A stretch of 64,000 bases of DNA from Lytechinus pictus (lineage: Eukaryota): contig NC_087250.1 of NCBI RefSeq assembly GCF_037042905.1, positions 15,502,001-15,566,000 of the forward strand, written 5' to 3'. The stretch's first letter is position 1. Each line of letters starts with the position of its first letter. A program made the position numbers and the translations under genes. Positions 12,728-25,423 of this stretch are shown here, one piece after another. The notes beneath the pieces are model-generated. The model saw nothing but the letters and a program-made list of their open reading frames with translations. It searched no databases and was not told the origin of the DNA.

Positions 12728-13166
12728 ATGCCGTCGTCACAGACAGGTCCTACCAAGCGTAATCAAACCAAGCGAGGCCCCAGAAGGGGGGCAAGGGAGC
12801 CAAGTGGGGAGGAAAGGCCAGCAAGCGTCGTGACGTAGCTATGAGAGTCGACGTCGATGTGAAAAACTATAGAATCTAAATCTACAAAGTGTTGAAGCAA
12901 GTTCATCCTGACACTGGCATTAAATTTCAAGAAGGGCTAGAGTAAGTCCATCATGAACACGCACATGACCAGCTTTGTTAACAGTGTGTTCAAGCGTGTC
13001 GCTGGTGAAGCCTCACGTCTATACCACACACAACAGCCGCAAGAGCACCGTTTCAATCCCCGAAGTACTGCTGCGATCTGCTTCTCCCTGGTGAGCTTGC
13101 TAAGCGCGCCGTTAATTTCGGAAGGTACCAAGGCTGCATGTCACCAAATATCCCACATCCTGATAG
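12728..13166 (+). pseudogene. H2B: Sperm-type histone H2B pseudogene
   Basis: Fragments across frames: MPSSQTGPTKRNQTKRGP (like SPTKR repeats), IYKVLKQVHPDTGI, SFVNSVFKRVAGEASRL, LLPGELAK, SEGTKA, TKYPTS; several frameshifts and stops. Confidence 0.92.
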
Positions 13167-13190
13167 ATGGAATTCCATCTCGGAGACAAC

Positions 13191-13225
13191 GGCTCTTTTC
13201 AGAGCCACTCAATTTTTAAGAAAGA
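13191..13225 (+). terminator. Histone 3' stem-loop and downstream element
   Basis: GGCTCTTTTCAGAGCC (13191-13206) followed by AAGAAAGA (13218-13225). Confidence 0.9.
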
Positions 13226-13781
13226 AACAGTTGATTTGGCTCTCCCAAATATCACATTTACCACCTTCTAGCCACTTTTGTGCCACCTCATTGCCACTAG
13301 CAGGCCGCTGCTACCAACTTACCTGCCACTTCCATGCCACCAGCTAGTCGCGGGTGGCCCTCCTCCAATGCCACCAGCATGCAACTTCCATGTTACCTAA
13401 CAACTACTCCTTTTTAGCCAACAAGCAGCCGCAGGTGGCCCACATCTATACCGCTTGTAAACTGCCAAGTGGCCCACCAGCATAAGCATCTGCAAGCCCG
13501 GCTGCGGCCCACCAGAAGCCCTCTCACGTGGGCCGCAGAAACAGCCACCTTTAGGACGCTGGTGGGCCACCTGGAATGGCTAGCTGGGTTTTCTTTCCAG
13601 TCATTGGTATGCCATTCGAAATAATGTAATAAGTAGGCCTAATATCCTGCCTTATGTTCATTTGATTTTTTCTTAACAACCGGGGTCGTCTCCTATCCAG
13701 TTAAACATGCTAATCAAATCCTTATCTCTTTTAAAAACTCACCTGTTTCATATAGTAAACGGTAAACGCATGATTTGTACA

Positions 13782-15105
13782 CAGTGGCGTAGCTAGGATT
13801 TTTTTCCTGGGGGGGCACTGGGGGGTCCTTGCTTTTTCAGGGGGGGGCACCATTTTTTCGGTGTGTGTGTGTATGTGTCACAAGGGCGGATCCGACTTTC
13901 GCCAATAGGGGACGGTGCCCGAAATTATCTTCACCTATATTTTCCCCAATCAGTCACTTCTTAGTTTTATTCTTATAAAACAACATTAACATGAAATAAG
14001 CCTTATAAAAAGTGCGAGCGCGAAGCGCGAGCGATTTTTTTTTTTTACTTTTATGTATTTTGTCCTGAAAATTTAATATTCTGGGCAATGTTATGTGTGA
14101 TCCTGAACAAGATTCGTATGTAACTAGATGGTTACTGCGAACGCCAAGCGCGAGCAGAAATTTTTATTAACTGTTCTAGCATTATCGAAAAGGGACCTGT
14201 TAAGGACTGCTTACAGTTACCCACGAAGACGGTATATATTTCAAAAATGCGAGCGCGAAGCACTTTTTGTATTAATAAATGGGATAGGTATGTAACTAAA
14301 CAATTGATGCGAGCGCGAAGCGCCAGAGGTTAGAAAATTGAGATTTCAGACCTAAAAGCGGGACACTCTATTCATATTTTGTAAATCATAAATAGGATAT
14401 AGTTAATTGGGTATCATTAATAATGCGATCATGAAGCGTGAGCAGACAAGTATTGATATTCTGACGTGAAACTGGATAATTTAAGTACATTTTAAATAAA
14501 GAACATGTAGGCCATCGCGCATGTTTTAGATTTAGACCTAGAATCTGGGCATTCTGAATACATTTGTTTAATGAAACATAATGGAATACACCTAGACAAT
14601 ATGAAATTGGCAAATCAAACAATGTGACCACGCAGCGTGAGCTTAAAATGCTGATATGTAGACCATAAAAACAAACATTTTACAGAGCACTTAAATTTGT
14701 AAATGAAAAAAAAACAATGAAAGCTCGATGTCCGAGCTAAAATATGTTTTGTATATAGACTTCAAAACTTGCTCCATATCAGCCTATTGAGCAAGATATG
14801 AATCTCATCGAACAGGCAATTCTGGCGCGAAGCGCAAGCAAAAATTTTATATGGTAACATGAAAGATTTGTTTTTTTGCAAGTCTTCCCCTCACATTATT
14901 TCATTCACTCGTCTTCCTCCTCTTATCTTCCTCTTCCTTTTTGTTCTTCTGTCTTTCTTCTTTTTTCTTTTTTTTCTTTTCTTCTTTCTCCCTTTTTTTT
15001 GTTGCTCTGCCAATTTTTTCAGGGGGGGCACCTGGGGGGGCACACCAAATCTCAGGGGGGGGGGGGCACGTGCCCCCCATGCCCCCCCCCGTAGCTACGC
15101 CATTG
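13782..15105. mobile_element. hAT-like non-autonomous element with GCGAGCGCGAAGCGCGAGC motifs
   Basis: CAGTGGCGTAGCTA...TAGCTACGCCATTG; 8-bp TSD TTTGTACA. Confidence 0.8.
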
Positions 15106-15612
15106 TTTGTACAACGCTTCCGTCCGGCTGTTATTACTCAAGCATATCTTTTGCTTAAATCGTTTGCCGCTGCATTTTCTTATGCTTACATGTTGCATTT
15201 ATGTCTAAATGTTTATATTGCTTCTGTGTTCTAGTTGTGTCACATTGCAATGTATTTTATTGCCATATTACGTATTACGATTATGTATTGTAAATTAATT
15301 TTTACTTTACAATAAATGCAAAAACTCAAGTGGGGTGTGTGTGTGGGGGGTGCGGTAGGATCGTTACCGGTTAAGGATCGGTCCCACTGCACTTGCAGAT
15401 GCAAAAAGGATGTAAAACGTAAAAAATTTGTTCACAATTTGTCAATTGATGATAAGTGAGTCCCGACTGACTGTATGTGTGTGTCTGTGGGTAGGGTGAG
15501 TGTGGATGGTGTGTATATATGTGAGTCTGAGTAATGGTGCTTGGTTAGCTCGTCACCATTTTTGTTGTCTTTATAGAACTATATAGGTGGTAAACGATCC
15601 GTGGGCTTAATT

Positions 15613-16000
15613 ATGGATTCCCCATTACCATCAGCAACAACCTCCTCCTCCTGGACGAATGGTTCTATTCCACTCTACGCAGTCACACTGGCCATCCTTC
15701 TGCTGTTCTTCTTGAAACGAACTTCCGGCAAAACGAAAGGGCGCCCTCTTCCTGGTCCAAGAGGTCTTCCAATCATAGGAAGCACTCTCGAGTTTCTCTT
15801 CTCTAAACTGGACCCGAGGGAGATCCACGAGAAATGGGCGAAGGAATACGGCGAAATATTCATGTACAAGCTGTTGGGATCTCGTTTTGTTTTCCTGAAC
15901 AACCCTGATATCATCCGCGAGGTTTATGCAGCTGGGAATCATGTCCACGACCGAATCCCTATCCTTCTCTGCAACAAAGCCCTTGGAAGATCCAACACAG
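15613..16000 (+). CDS. Cytochrome P450 (clan 2-like) exon 1
   Basis: ATG 15613; N-terminal membrane anchor; proline-rich LPGPRGLPIIG; phase-1 donor CAG|GTAATG. Confidence 0.9.
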
Positions 16001-16615
16001 GTAATGGTGTAGTTACATACATGGCATTTTCTCCTGTGATAGTTGCTCCCACTGAAAATAGACACCTCAAGCCACGCATAATCCAGAGATACAAAACCAA
16101 CCCTCACATGACTCACCCTTTGGTAATCTTAATCCTCACATAATTCTGAACCAAAAACCCTCTCACATCAACTCTAACCCTTCCCTTATACATACATAGA
16201 TATATGCGGAGGAGCATTTTTCATGTGAGAAAATGCGGTGTCACCGCGCAATCACAGATGCAAACCGTCTGCGAATCAGTCATTGGTATGCCATTCGAAA
16301 TAACGTATGCTGTGTGTTCAGGTTCACAAAATTCTTAGGGTTCAGTATATATATATATATATAATAGCCACTTTCCGTTTGGAGGAACGAAATGTGATGA
16401 CTGACGTGAACAGCATGCGTTGCCAACGCATCACGGTCCCCACTTGTGCTTGGTGATCTCACATTCGCACTAGATTGTGGTTTGTAGTGTAGATTTAGTT
16501 TTCAGGATATGCCATATCAAGGTTTGTCCTTTGGACCTTGGTATTGTTGGATACAACACCGAAGGAAAAAACCCGCCATAACTCTTACCCTATAACACGA
16601 ACTCTATTTTTTCAG

Positions 16616-17133
16616 ATCTTGGTATAGTTGGATGCAAAGCCGATCTCGACTGGAAGAATCTGCGAAAGTTCGTCCAACACGTCCTGCGGAACTTCAAGAG
16701 CTACTACTCAAGCTTTGAACCTGTTGTGGCATCTCAGGCAACGCGCCTCGTTGATGAATTCTCCAGTCACAAAGGCAAGCCCTTTGAACCGCAGGGAAAC
16801 ATCTACGCCACTGTCGCTAACATCACCACCACTATTGTAATGGGGAAGACATACGAGTACGAAGATCAAGAGTTTGTGGCTCTGGTAAAGACTTCACAGG
16901 ACATCTTTGACTATCTTGGCGCACTCACAAACAACTACCATATCCCGTTGGTTGCTTCGGTTCCCGTTAAATCAAATAGGAATGGCTACCGGTCTATTTC
17001 TAAATTGTTCCGCTTCATAAGGGACACGGTGGATGAAACCCGTAGGTCTTTGGACATCAGGAAGAAGACGACAGAAAGCGAACAGAACATCGTACAGTCC
17101 TTCCTAGAGCAGCAGAAACTCAGGGAAAAGGAG
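16616..17133 (+). CDS. Cytochrome P450 exon 2
   Basis: TTTCAG acceptor; C-helix WKNLR; open frame; phase-0 donor GAG|GTGAGT. Confidence 0.9.
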
Positions 17134-18188
17134 GTGAGTCCGAAAACCCGAAAAAAACAATGAGCGTGTTTTAGAAGACACTCATTTTCTCGTCTTTGGT
17201 TGAGCATTATGACAACACACGAAAAATCTTCCCAACTGGTCGGAAGAACTGTTTCTCACGGTGTATTCAAAGCGTGTTCACATAGTGGACTGAGTAAAGT
17301 TGTGATTTACATTTACAGGTATACGTAGAGTGTGCTTACATAGTGGACTATGTGAAAAAAAAAGATTCACACTGTGAAAAAAGCTCAAATTTGAGAGTGT
17401 GAAGATGAGATCACACTCTGTACCACTGTACACTTTGAACACACTGTAATTGGACACGGTTCTTTCCAGCATGAGTAGGGCCGAGCGAGATGAAAATAAT
17501 GAACACAAATTATATACGGCCACCAGAAGAGGCGATTGGAACTATGGGTCCCGAGGCAACCCCAGAATGCGACTATTTTCTTGAGGGGATCAGACCCAAA
17601 GGAAAATGGTCACATTCGCCTCACTAAGCGGGCCATAGTTTCGCCACACCTCCGATCGAAGGCCGTATATATTTGGTTTATATCTGTCATCAGTATTAAA
17701 CGAAAAATGTGAAATATAATCGAATGAATGACAATAAGGAATCGGTCTTCCATTGAGATATATATGTAGGCGATTGATCACAATGTGTCTACGCGCACTG
17801 TTTGCCATGCGTTTGATTCAACCCCCGCCCATCAAGCCATATACTTTTGTACTATTTACGACTCGCGGTACGTACCGTTCCCGTCTTATGACATCAGATG
17901 TCAGGATTTGCGGCACATTTGCCGAAATTGGTGACGTTGGTTGGAACTATCTTTGGCCACATGAATGTGTTTAGACCAAACACCTATTCAGAATGATATA
18001 CCGGACCTTTCGTTGCGCCACGCGAACGGACCTTTACGACTGTAGTTGCTCTTGAAGAGACATTTGGGCCCGTCGTAAAAGACTGTCCTGCAAATGCAAG
18101 GACGACAGGGCCGGTATTCAAACGTACATGACGGTGTATTTGGCTAAGTGTATTACTCAGTATAGAATTTCCTCCTCAGGAGAGCTTA

Positions 18189-21100
18189 CCCAGGTAACAA
18201 TACAGCGTTGGACAAACGTTGGGAATTTTTTCCCAACGTTGCCTCAACGTTGGTAAGCAACGTTGCATCATCGATAGAAGTGCACGTCCATGCATCGTCA
18301 GACCAACAACATTTCCAACGTCAGTTCAACGTTGTCCACCATCAATGCTCCAACGTTGGTATAATGTCGGCTGAGTCATTAATAACAGCGTTGCTGCAAC
18401 GTTGATGGGCGACGTTGAAGCAGCGATGGACGTGCACATACATACATCGTCAGTCCAACTATGTTTACAACGTTGGTTCAACGCTGTCCAGCAACAATGC
18501 TCCAACGTTGTCTGGCAACATTGCTCCAACATTGTTATAAAGTTGTCACAACGTTGCTCCAACATTGCTCCAACGTATGGCAGTAATTAACAAAACATTA
18601 ATTGGTTTCAAGGTGAAGTCCACCATTACAACTCTACACTCTAATCTTTATCATCATGTCTTATCCTATCCTAAAATCCTACATCCTAATCCTTCATCCT
18701 ATTCCTATCATCCTACACCTATCCACTGAATCCTGTCAGTGACTCCTATATATAGAGCAACTTTGCTATACTTGGCAGAATACAGTTAATATCATTTTCC
18801 ACACTTAACCTTGAAAATTTCACTTAGAGTAATATGTTTTGATTATAAATGATATGGTAATGGAGCCACATACTTTTCTGAAACTTTTCATGGTGGAAAT
18901 ATTGAATAAACGTAAATACTCTCATTATTATAGCAATATTACCTAAAATTTTGGTCATTTACTGATGTAATGAATATTCATGAGTGCTTAATCATTATGT
19001 CCAGATGAGGCAGGTATGGCAGCGTTTGTCCAATGTTGGTCCAACGTTGGGTGACGTTAATCCAACGTTGGTCTAATGTTGGTCCAATGTTGATGGAAAG
19101 TTGATTCAACGTTAGTCCAATGTTAGTCCAACGCTGGCGTAATGTTCCAATGTTTCAATGTTTGTCTAATATCGGTTAAATGTTGTTGTAACGTTGATTC
19201 TTTGTTGGTCTAATTTTAAACAAATCCAACGATGCGCCATCTCCATCAAACAGTTTTCAACACTGTGCCATCATCATCTGTAACCTGTTCATGATTCTGT
19301 CAAAAAAACATTACAACTATTATTACAACTATTCATTTCTTTTCGTTCTTTCTGTTACAAGTCTCTTCACATAATTAAGAGGAATCAAGAGAATTACATG
19401 TGATATTTATCGAGGCCTTTGTAGCATTCAAACTTTTTTGACATCCTCTTTTTCTCAAACAAGACTAATACCCCAAAAACATATGCATATGTATTAAGAA
19501 TTAAGATGTATTACATTTTCTTGCGAGTTGCAATCTCTGTTTCTGTCTACAATTGTTTAATGACTCGGTATGCAATGCCAATTGCAACGTCAGTAATCAT
19601 CACAAAAACTCACATGTGTAATTGCAGTCTCTCAGTATTAACAAAATCTAAAAAGGAGGTCGCGTAACTTGGCCTCACTCAGAGTAACGTAGCTACTGCC
19701 TACTGTAACTAAAGAGCGCCTCTTTTTTTATTAAGATAGAGGTCAACTGATATCTCAATATGCATGGCCATGGCCTAGTCTCGCTCCTGCCATAACTCTT
19801 AAATGATATTTCAGCGTCAAATGTAAGCATGCCTCACGTAGCAACTACAGGTTTGACTGCAGTTGGAAAACACTCGGTCCTGGCTAGGCCATGCAGGACC
19901 GACCAGGTCAATTCCAGGCAGCGTATAATAAATAAGGCAGGAATGCCAGGTAGCAAGTCATTGGGTGATTTCAAGTACGGTGTACGGTGTTGAGAGCGCG
20001 AAAGGGCCGCTGCTGAACTGAGCTCCAACACCAAGCGTAAAATTATTTTTCATTGAAATGTATTAAAACTCTAATGATTTGCTCTTATCTTAAATGTAAA
20101 AGATAATTTTACGGAGATGGTTCGTCGTGTTCGCCCCCTGTTCGTGAGCTACAGTTCATCAACACCAACACTGAACTTTAATTTAAAAAAATCACGATTC
20201 TCCCAATCCCTGGGGGTCGGTGTTGCTGAATGAGGAAATTGCATGTAGATCATCAACACCATGCAGCCGCAGTGCAGTGTTCAACACAAACTGCCGGAAA
20301 TACATCATATTTTCCGAGGTCAATCTCAACACCAGCCTGATTCAAGTAGGTGTTGTCACAACACCAACACCAGATTTCAACACTGTACTTGAAATTATTG
20401 AAATCTCCCAATGACTGTTGCCTTGCCCTTGGTATCGCATACTCGTTCCCACTCACGTATTGCGAGGTTAGTATTAGTCACTCACACAAGTACGAGGTCG
20501 AGGTTAGTTATATGTTTACTGTGCAGTGACTGTTGTTAAGTAATTACACGAAAATACTAGCGTCGGACTGTACGCGCACATAAGCTGACTCCGGGATCTT
20601 TCGGAGGGGATCAACGGTTGCAGTTACCGATTATCTGCAAGTGCAAAGAAAATTCCACTGTAGATTGTAGGTCCTAAATATGCAACTTAGAGGTACTGTT
20701 CCAGATCACTAGATATTCAGGAATTTAATTGTCTATATCCAGTCCAAATTCTGCCAGATTCTTCAAGTTCAAAATTGAAGGAAGCAGACTACACAGAAGA
20801 AGGAGTCTGACGTCGACGCGTCGCGACTAATTCTGCGCATCAGAATAGTATGGTATTCTTAAATAGGCACATTTGATGCTTGTATTTCCTTCTTCAATTT
20901 CTTCTAGCTATGTGACGGTAGGCCTATATATATCTCGTACTTGCTGTGAGAGGCCTAGCCAGCTGCAAAGGACGATGGCGTTTCTGGAAATTCTGGTCTT
21001 GAACTACATTTGTTTTCTTGTTTTTCTCCTTTATTTTCTATATTAATCGACATTTGCATCCCCCGGTGCATGCAGCCTCTCTATTGATCGACCAAATCTT

Positions 21101-23087
21101 TATTTATGTTTTCCCCTTAGTTTTAGTTCCTCTTTCCCTTCCCATTATTTTCCTTCTCTCTCCATTTCTTTTCCCCTTATTGCTGGGGGATACCAAGGGT
21201 GACATGGATAGAAGAGCAAACTTACTTGATCGACCCCTTGGCCCCATTGGAAATTATGCGAGTAGTCGTCTATATACCAATTCTCCAATGAGCCAGTTTC
21301 TAACATTCTCAACACTGTGTATATTATGCCGGGATATTATGTTGACTGTCAAACAAATATCCAACAAACTATAGTTTCCAACATTGTGTCAATGTTAACT
21401 GTCAACAACTCTCCAATAAACTATTCCAATTCCGCTGTCCACTTTGTGCCATTGTCCGTTGTTCAACAACTCTCCATCAAACTAGTTTCCAACTTTGTCA
21501 ACGTTGTGCCATTGTCGACTGTCCAACAAATCTCCAAGAAAATAGTTTCCAACGTTGTTCCGTTATCGGTTGTTCAGCAACTCTCCATCGAACTAGTTTC
21601 CGACGTAGTCAACGCTGTGCCTTTGTTGGCTGTTCAACAACTATCCAATCAAACACGTTTCCAACGTTGTGACATTGTTGGCTGTCCAACAAATCTCCAA
21701 CACACTAGTTTCGAATGTTGTGCCATTGTCTGTTGTTCAACAACTTTCCAACGTTGCCAACGTTGTGTCATCGTCGACTATCCTACTGATCTCCAACCTA
21801 CCAGTTTCCAACGTTGTGCCAGTGTCAGTTGTTCAACAACTTTCCATCTAACTAGTTTCAAGCTTTATCAACGTTGTGTCATTGTCTACTATCTAACTAA
21901 TCTCCAATCTACCAGTTTCCAACGTTGTGCCATCGTCGACTATCCAACAAATCTCCATCGAACTAGTTTCTAGCTTTGAGTGTGTATGTGTATATTTGAG
22001 TTTTATCAGACGTGTATCAATCAGATATGATTATTTACGTCTGGGACCGACCTTTAACGTCACCATCCGAAAGACGTGACCAGGGCTCGAACCTCGAACC
22101 TCTGCATCAATTTGTAACTTCCCCACGTAGCTTGGATTACAGGCGCACGCCACAACGCCCAGTCAACGTTGTGCCAACAACCAACTATGGCACAACGTTG
22201 TGCCATAGTTGGTTGTTCAACAACTTTCCATCGGACTAGTTTCCAACGTTGCCAACCTTGTGTTATCGTCGACTATCCAACTAATCTCCAACCTACTACT
22301 AGTTCCCAACGTTTTGCCATTGTCGACCGTCCAACAAATCTCCAACAAACTAGTTTCCAACTTTGTCAACGTTGTCTCATTGTCGGTTGATCAACAACTT
22401 TCCATCGAACTGGTTTCTAACGTTGCCAACGTTGTGTTATTGTTGGCTGTTCAGCAACTATCCAATTAAACATGTTTCATCGTTATGCCATTGTCAACTG
22501 TCCAACAACTCTCCAACTAACAAGTTTCCAACGTTGCCAACGTCGTGTCATTGTTGATTGTTCAACAACTTTCCAGCGAACTAGTTTCCAACGTTGCCAA
22601 CGTTGCAAACGTTGTGCCTTTGCTGGCTGTTCAACAACTATCCAATCAAACGTGTCTCCAACGTTGTGACATTGTCGACTGTCCAACAACTCTTCAACTT
22701 TCTTGTTTCCAACGTTGTGCCATTGTCGACCGTCCAACAAATCTCCAACAAACTAGTTTCCATCTTTGTCAACGTTGTGCCATTGTCGGTTGTTCAACAA
22801 CTTTCCAGCGAACTAGTTTCCAACGTTGCCAACGTTGTACCTTTGCTGGCTGTTCAACAACTATCCAATCAAACGTGTTTCCAACGTTATGACATTGTCG
22901 ACTCTGTCCAACAACTCTCCAACTAACAAGTTTCCAACGTTGCCAACGTCATGTCATTGTTGATTGTCCATCATCTTTCCATCAAACTAGTTTCCAACGT
23001 CGATTCAACGTTAATCCATCAGGTTTTTCCAACGTCCAACGACTTTCAAGTTTTCAACGTAGAGCCAACGTTGGCTTGTTACCTGGG
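18189..23087. mobile_element. Non-autonomous CMC/EnSpm-like DNA transposon, family A copy 2 (P450 intron 2)
   Basis: Same TIR CCCAGGTAACAA...TTGTTACCTGGG; 2-bp TSD TA; colinear with 2186-7289 with indels. Confidence 0.85.
21979..22162 (-). mobile_element. Candidate 7SL(SRP RNA)-derived SINE
   Basis: Absent from copy 1 of the host element. Minus strand: CTGGGCGTTGTGGCGTGCGCCTGTAATCCAAGCTACGTGGGG head, GGTTCGAGCCC B box, CA-rich tail. Confidence 0.7.
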
Positions 23088-23258
23088 TAAGGTACACCTT
23101 GTGGTTTCCGTAGGTCTGAGTCATAGAGAGGTGTATAGAATTGAAGTGGAGAGGGCAAGAAGGTGGTAGATTGTAAAGCAGAGTTTCTTTCGGCAATGGG
23201 TATAGTCCTTATAGAGGACGATAGTCCTTAAAAAGAGTGAAAATCAGCAGAGCTTTAA

Positions 23259-23862
23259 AGGACAAGTCCACCCTAACAAAAATTTGATTTGAATAAAAAG
23301 AGAAAAATCCAACAAGCACAACACTGAAAATTTCATCAAAATCGGATGTAAAATAAGAAAGTTATGACATTTTAAAGTTTCGGTTAATTTCACAAAACAG
23401 TAATATGCACATCCTGGTCGGTATGCAAATGAGGAGACTGATGATGTCACCCACTCACTATTTCTTTTGTATTTTGTTATATGAAATGTGAAATATTCTA
23501 ATTTTCTCCTCATTGCCAAGTGAAATAACGATTAATTTTTCCCTGTACATGTGGAATTAGCATTGTTTAATACTATATGGTTTAGTCAAGTTGGTCCTTA
23601 TTGTCAAATCTGTAAAAAGTTAAATATTGTAAAATTCGAACAATAAAAAGCAAAAGAAATAGTGAGTGAAGGACATCATCGTCTGTTTCATTTGCATGTC
23701 ACTGAGTTGTGCATATCACTTTTTTGTGAAAAAATAAGCGAAACTTTAAAATGGCATAACTTTCTTATTTTACATCCGATTATGATGAAATTTTTAGCGT
23801 TCTGCTATTTTGATTTTTCTCTATCTATTCAAAACAATATTCTTCTGGGGTGAACTTGACCT
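23259..23862. mobile_element. Kolobok-like MITE
   Basis: TTAA|AGGACAAGTCCACCC...GGGTGAACTTGACCT|TTAA; long imperfect TIRs. Confidence 0.75.
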
Positions 23863-24052
23863 TTAAGGTTGAAAGTTGAGAAACTAGTTGGAGAGATGAG
23901 GGAAGGTTGCAGTAACTTGAGTTGGCGAATGTATAGCAGAGCAGGAAAAAAGACTCGAGAGAAGAAATTCTTATAGTCTCTTTCAGTTAGAACTATATGT
24001 CTAACTCTCTTTAGTTGATTCTGAAAGTCTTTGAATGATTTCCCCCAAACAG

Positions 24053-24521
24053 GGCAAGAATCACGTCTTCACGGATCCTAACCTCTTTCAGACTGTATTC
24101 GATCTCTGCTTCGCGGGATTCGACACCGTGAGCTGCAGCATATGTTGGATCATTCGACTCCTCTCCCACCACCGGGACGTCCAGGAGAAGCTCCAAGCCG
24201 AACTCGACGACGTCGTAGGACGTGATCGCATGCCACTCCTGAGCGACGGCGACGACCTCCCTTTCGTGATGGCAACCATAGCTGAGTGTTATCGAATCTC
24301 CCGGATGATTTCCACCCAGCTACCCCATGTCGTTGACAGCGACTGCGAGGTCAGAGGATACCACGTTCCAAAAGGGAGCTTCGTGTCAGTAAACGCCTCG
24401 TGGCTGGCGTGCAATGAGGCGACCTGGGAAGACCCGGAAGTGTTCCGTCCTGAGCGATTCATCGACGACACAGGATCATTTGACGTGAACTTGGAAAACA
24501 AGATGATGAAATTTGGTGTCG
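24053..24521 (+). CDS. Cytochrome P450 exon 3
   Basis: I-helix FAGFDTV, K-helix ECYR, PERF, start of heme loop FGVG; donor G|GTGAGT phase 1. Confidence 0.93.
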
Positions 24522-24837
24522 GTGAGTGGCCAAATGTATTACTAAATATTGTTTTAAACGAATGGTAGCTACGATTAAGGCCGGTGCCATGTTCAGATGG
24601 GGAACTAACTTTGGTGGTGGTGGTGGAAGTGAGGGGGGGGGGGGTAAATAATTTTTAACTGAACATGCGCGAGACAATTTACACCTTAATCATCATCATA
24701 CAAGCTTTGAAATCTATGTCAAACCAACTCGCTTTCAGTAAAGTAAATTAAGGCTTGATTTTTTTATTAATAATTTATTTGCAGTTTCGAATCGTTCATA
24801 TAGCTTCGAATCCGTCAATAAACCTCACTCTAGTTAA

Positions 24838-25423
24838 AGGTCAAGTCCACCTCATTAAATTTTTGATTTGAATCAATAGAGAAAAATCAGACAAGCAAAA
24901 TGCTGAAAATTTCATCAAAATCAGAAAATTATGACATTTTAAAGTTTCGCTTATTTTTCACAAAATAGTTATATACACAATTTGGCCACATGCAAAAGAA
25001 AGAATCGATGATGTCCCTCACTATTTCTTTTGTTTTTTACTGTTTGAATTATACAATATTTCAATTTTTACAGATTTGACAATTAGGACCAACTTGACTG
25101 ACCCATAACATGTTAAACAACGGTAATGCTACATGTTCAGGGAGAATTAAAACTTTGTTTCACAGGACAATGATAAGAAAATTAGAATATTTCATATTTT
25201 ATATAATAAAATACAAAAGAAATAAGTGAGTGAGTGATGTCATCAGTTCCCTCATTTGCATACCGACCAGATGTGCAATAACTATTTTGTAAAATTAAGC
25301 AAAACTTCAAAATGTCATAACTTTCTTATTTTACATCCGATTTGGATGAAATTTTCAATGTTATGCTTGTTGGATTTTTCTCTTTTTATTCGAATCAACG
25401 TGGTGTTGGGATGGACTTGTCCT
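24838..25423. mobile_element. Kolobok-like MITE, inverted relative to 23259-23862
   Basis: TTAA|AGGTCAAGTCCACC...GGACTTGTCCT|TTAA; internal block is the reverse complement of the upstream copy. Confidence 0.75.

Larger units (their letters stand above)
8617..13588. mobile_element. Non-autonomous CMC/EnSpm-like DNA transposon, family B (carries H2B relic)
   Basis: Ends CCCAGCCAGC...GCTAGCTGGG; 2-bp TSD TT; GC-rich subterminal repeats (GGCCCACC/GGTGGCCC, GCCGC) at 8617-9090 and 13250-13588. Confidence 0.7.

Noticed and set aside
12608..13347. Functional H2B or the separate ORFs in the track
   Set aside because: H2B similarity is scattered over frames with stops
13598..13624. 27-bp exact match to 16277-16303
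   Set aside because: Too short to interpret; probably a fragment of an old repeat
15631..16116. 161-aa antisense ORF, and antisense ORFs over the FN3 exons
   Set aside because: Shadows of real + strand exons
21979..22162. Human Alu contamination or a true 7SL gene
   Set aside because: Similarity covers only ~45 nt; no Alu dimer, poly-A or S domain; embedded in a native transposon
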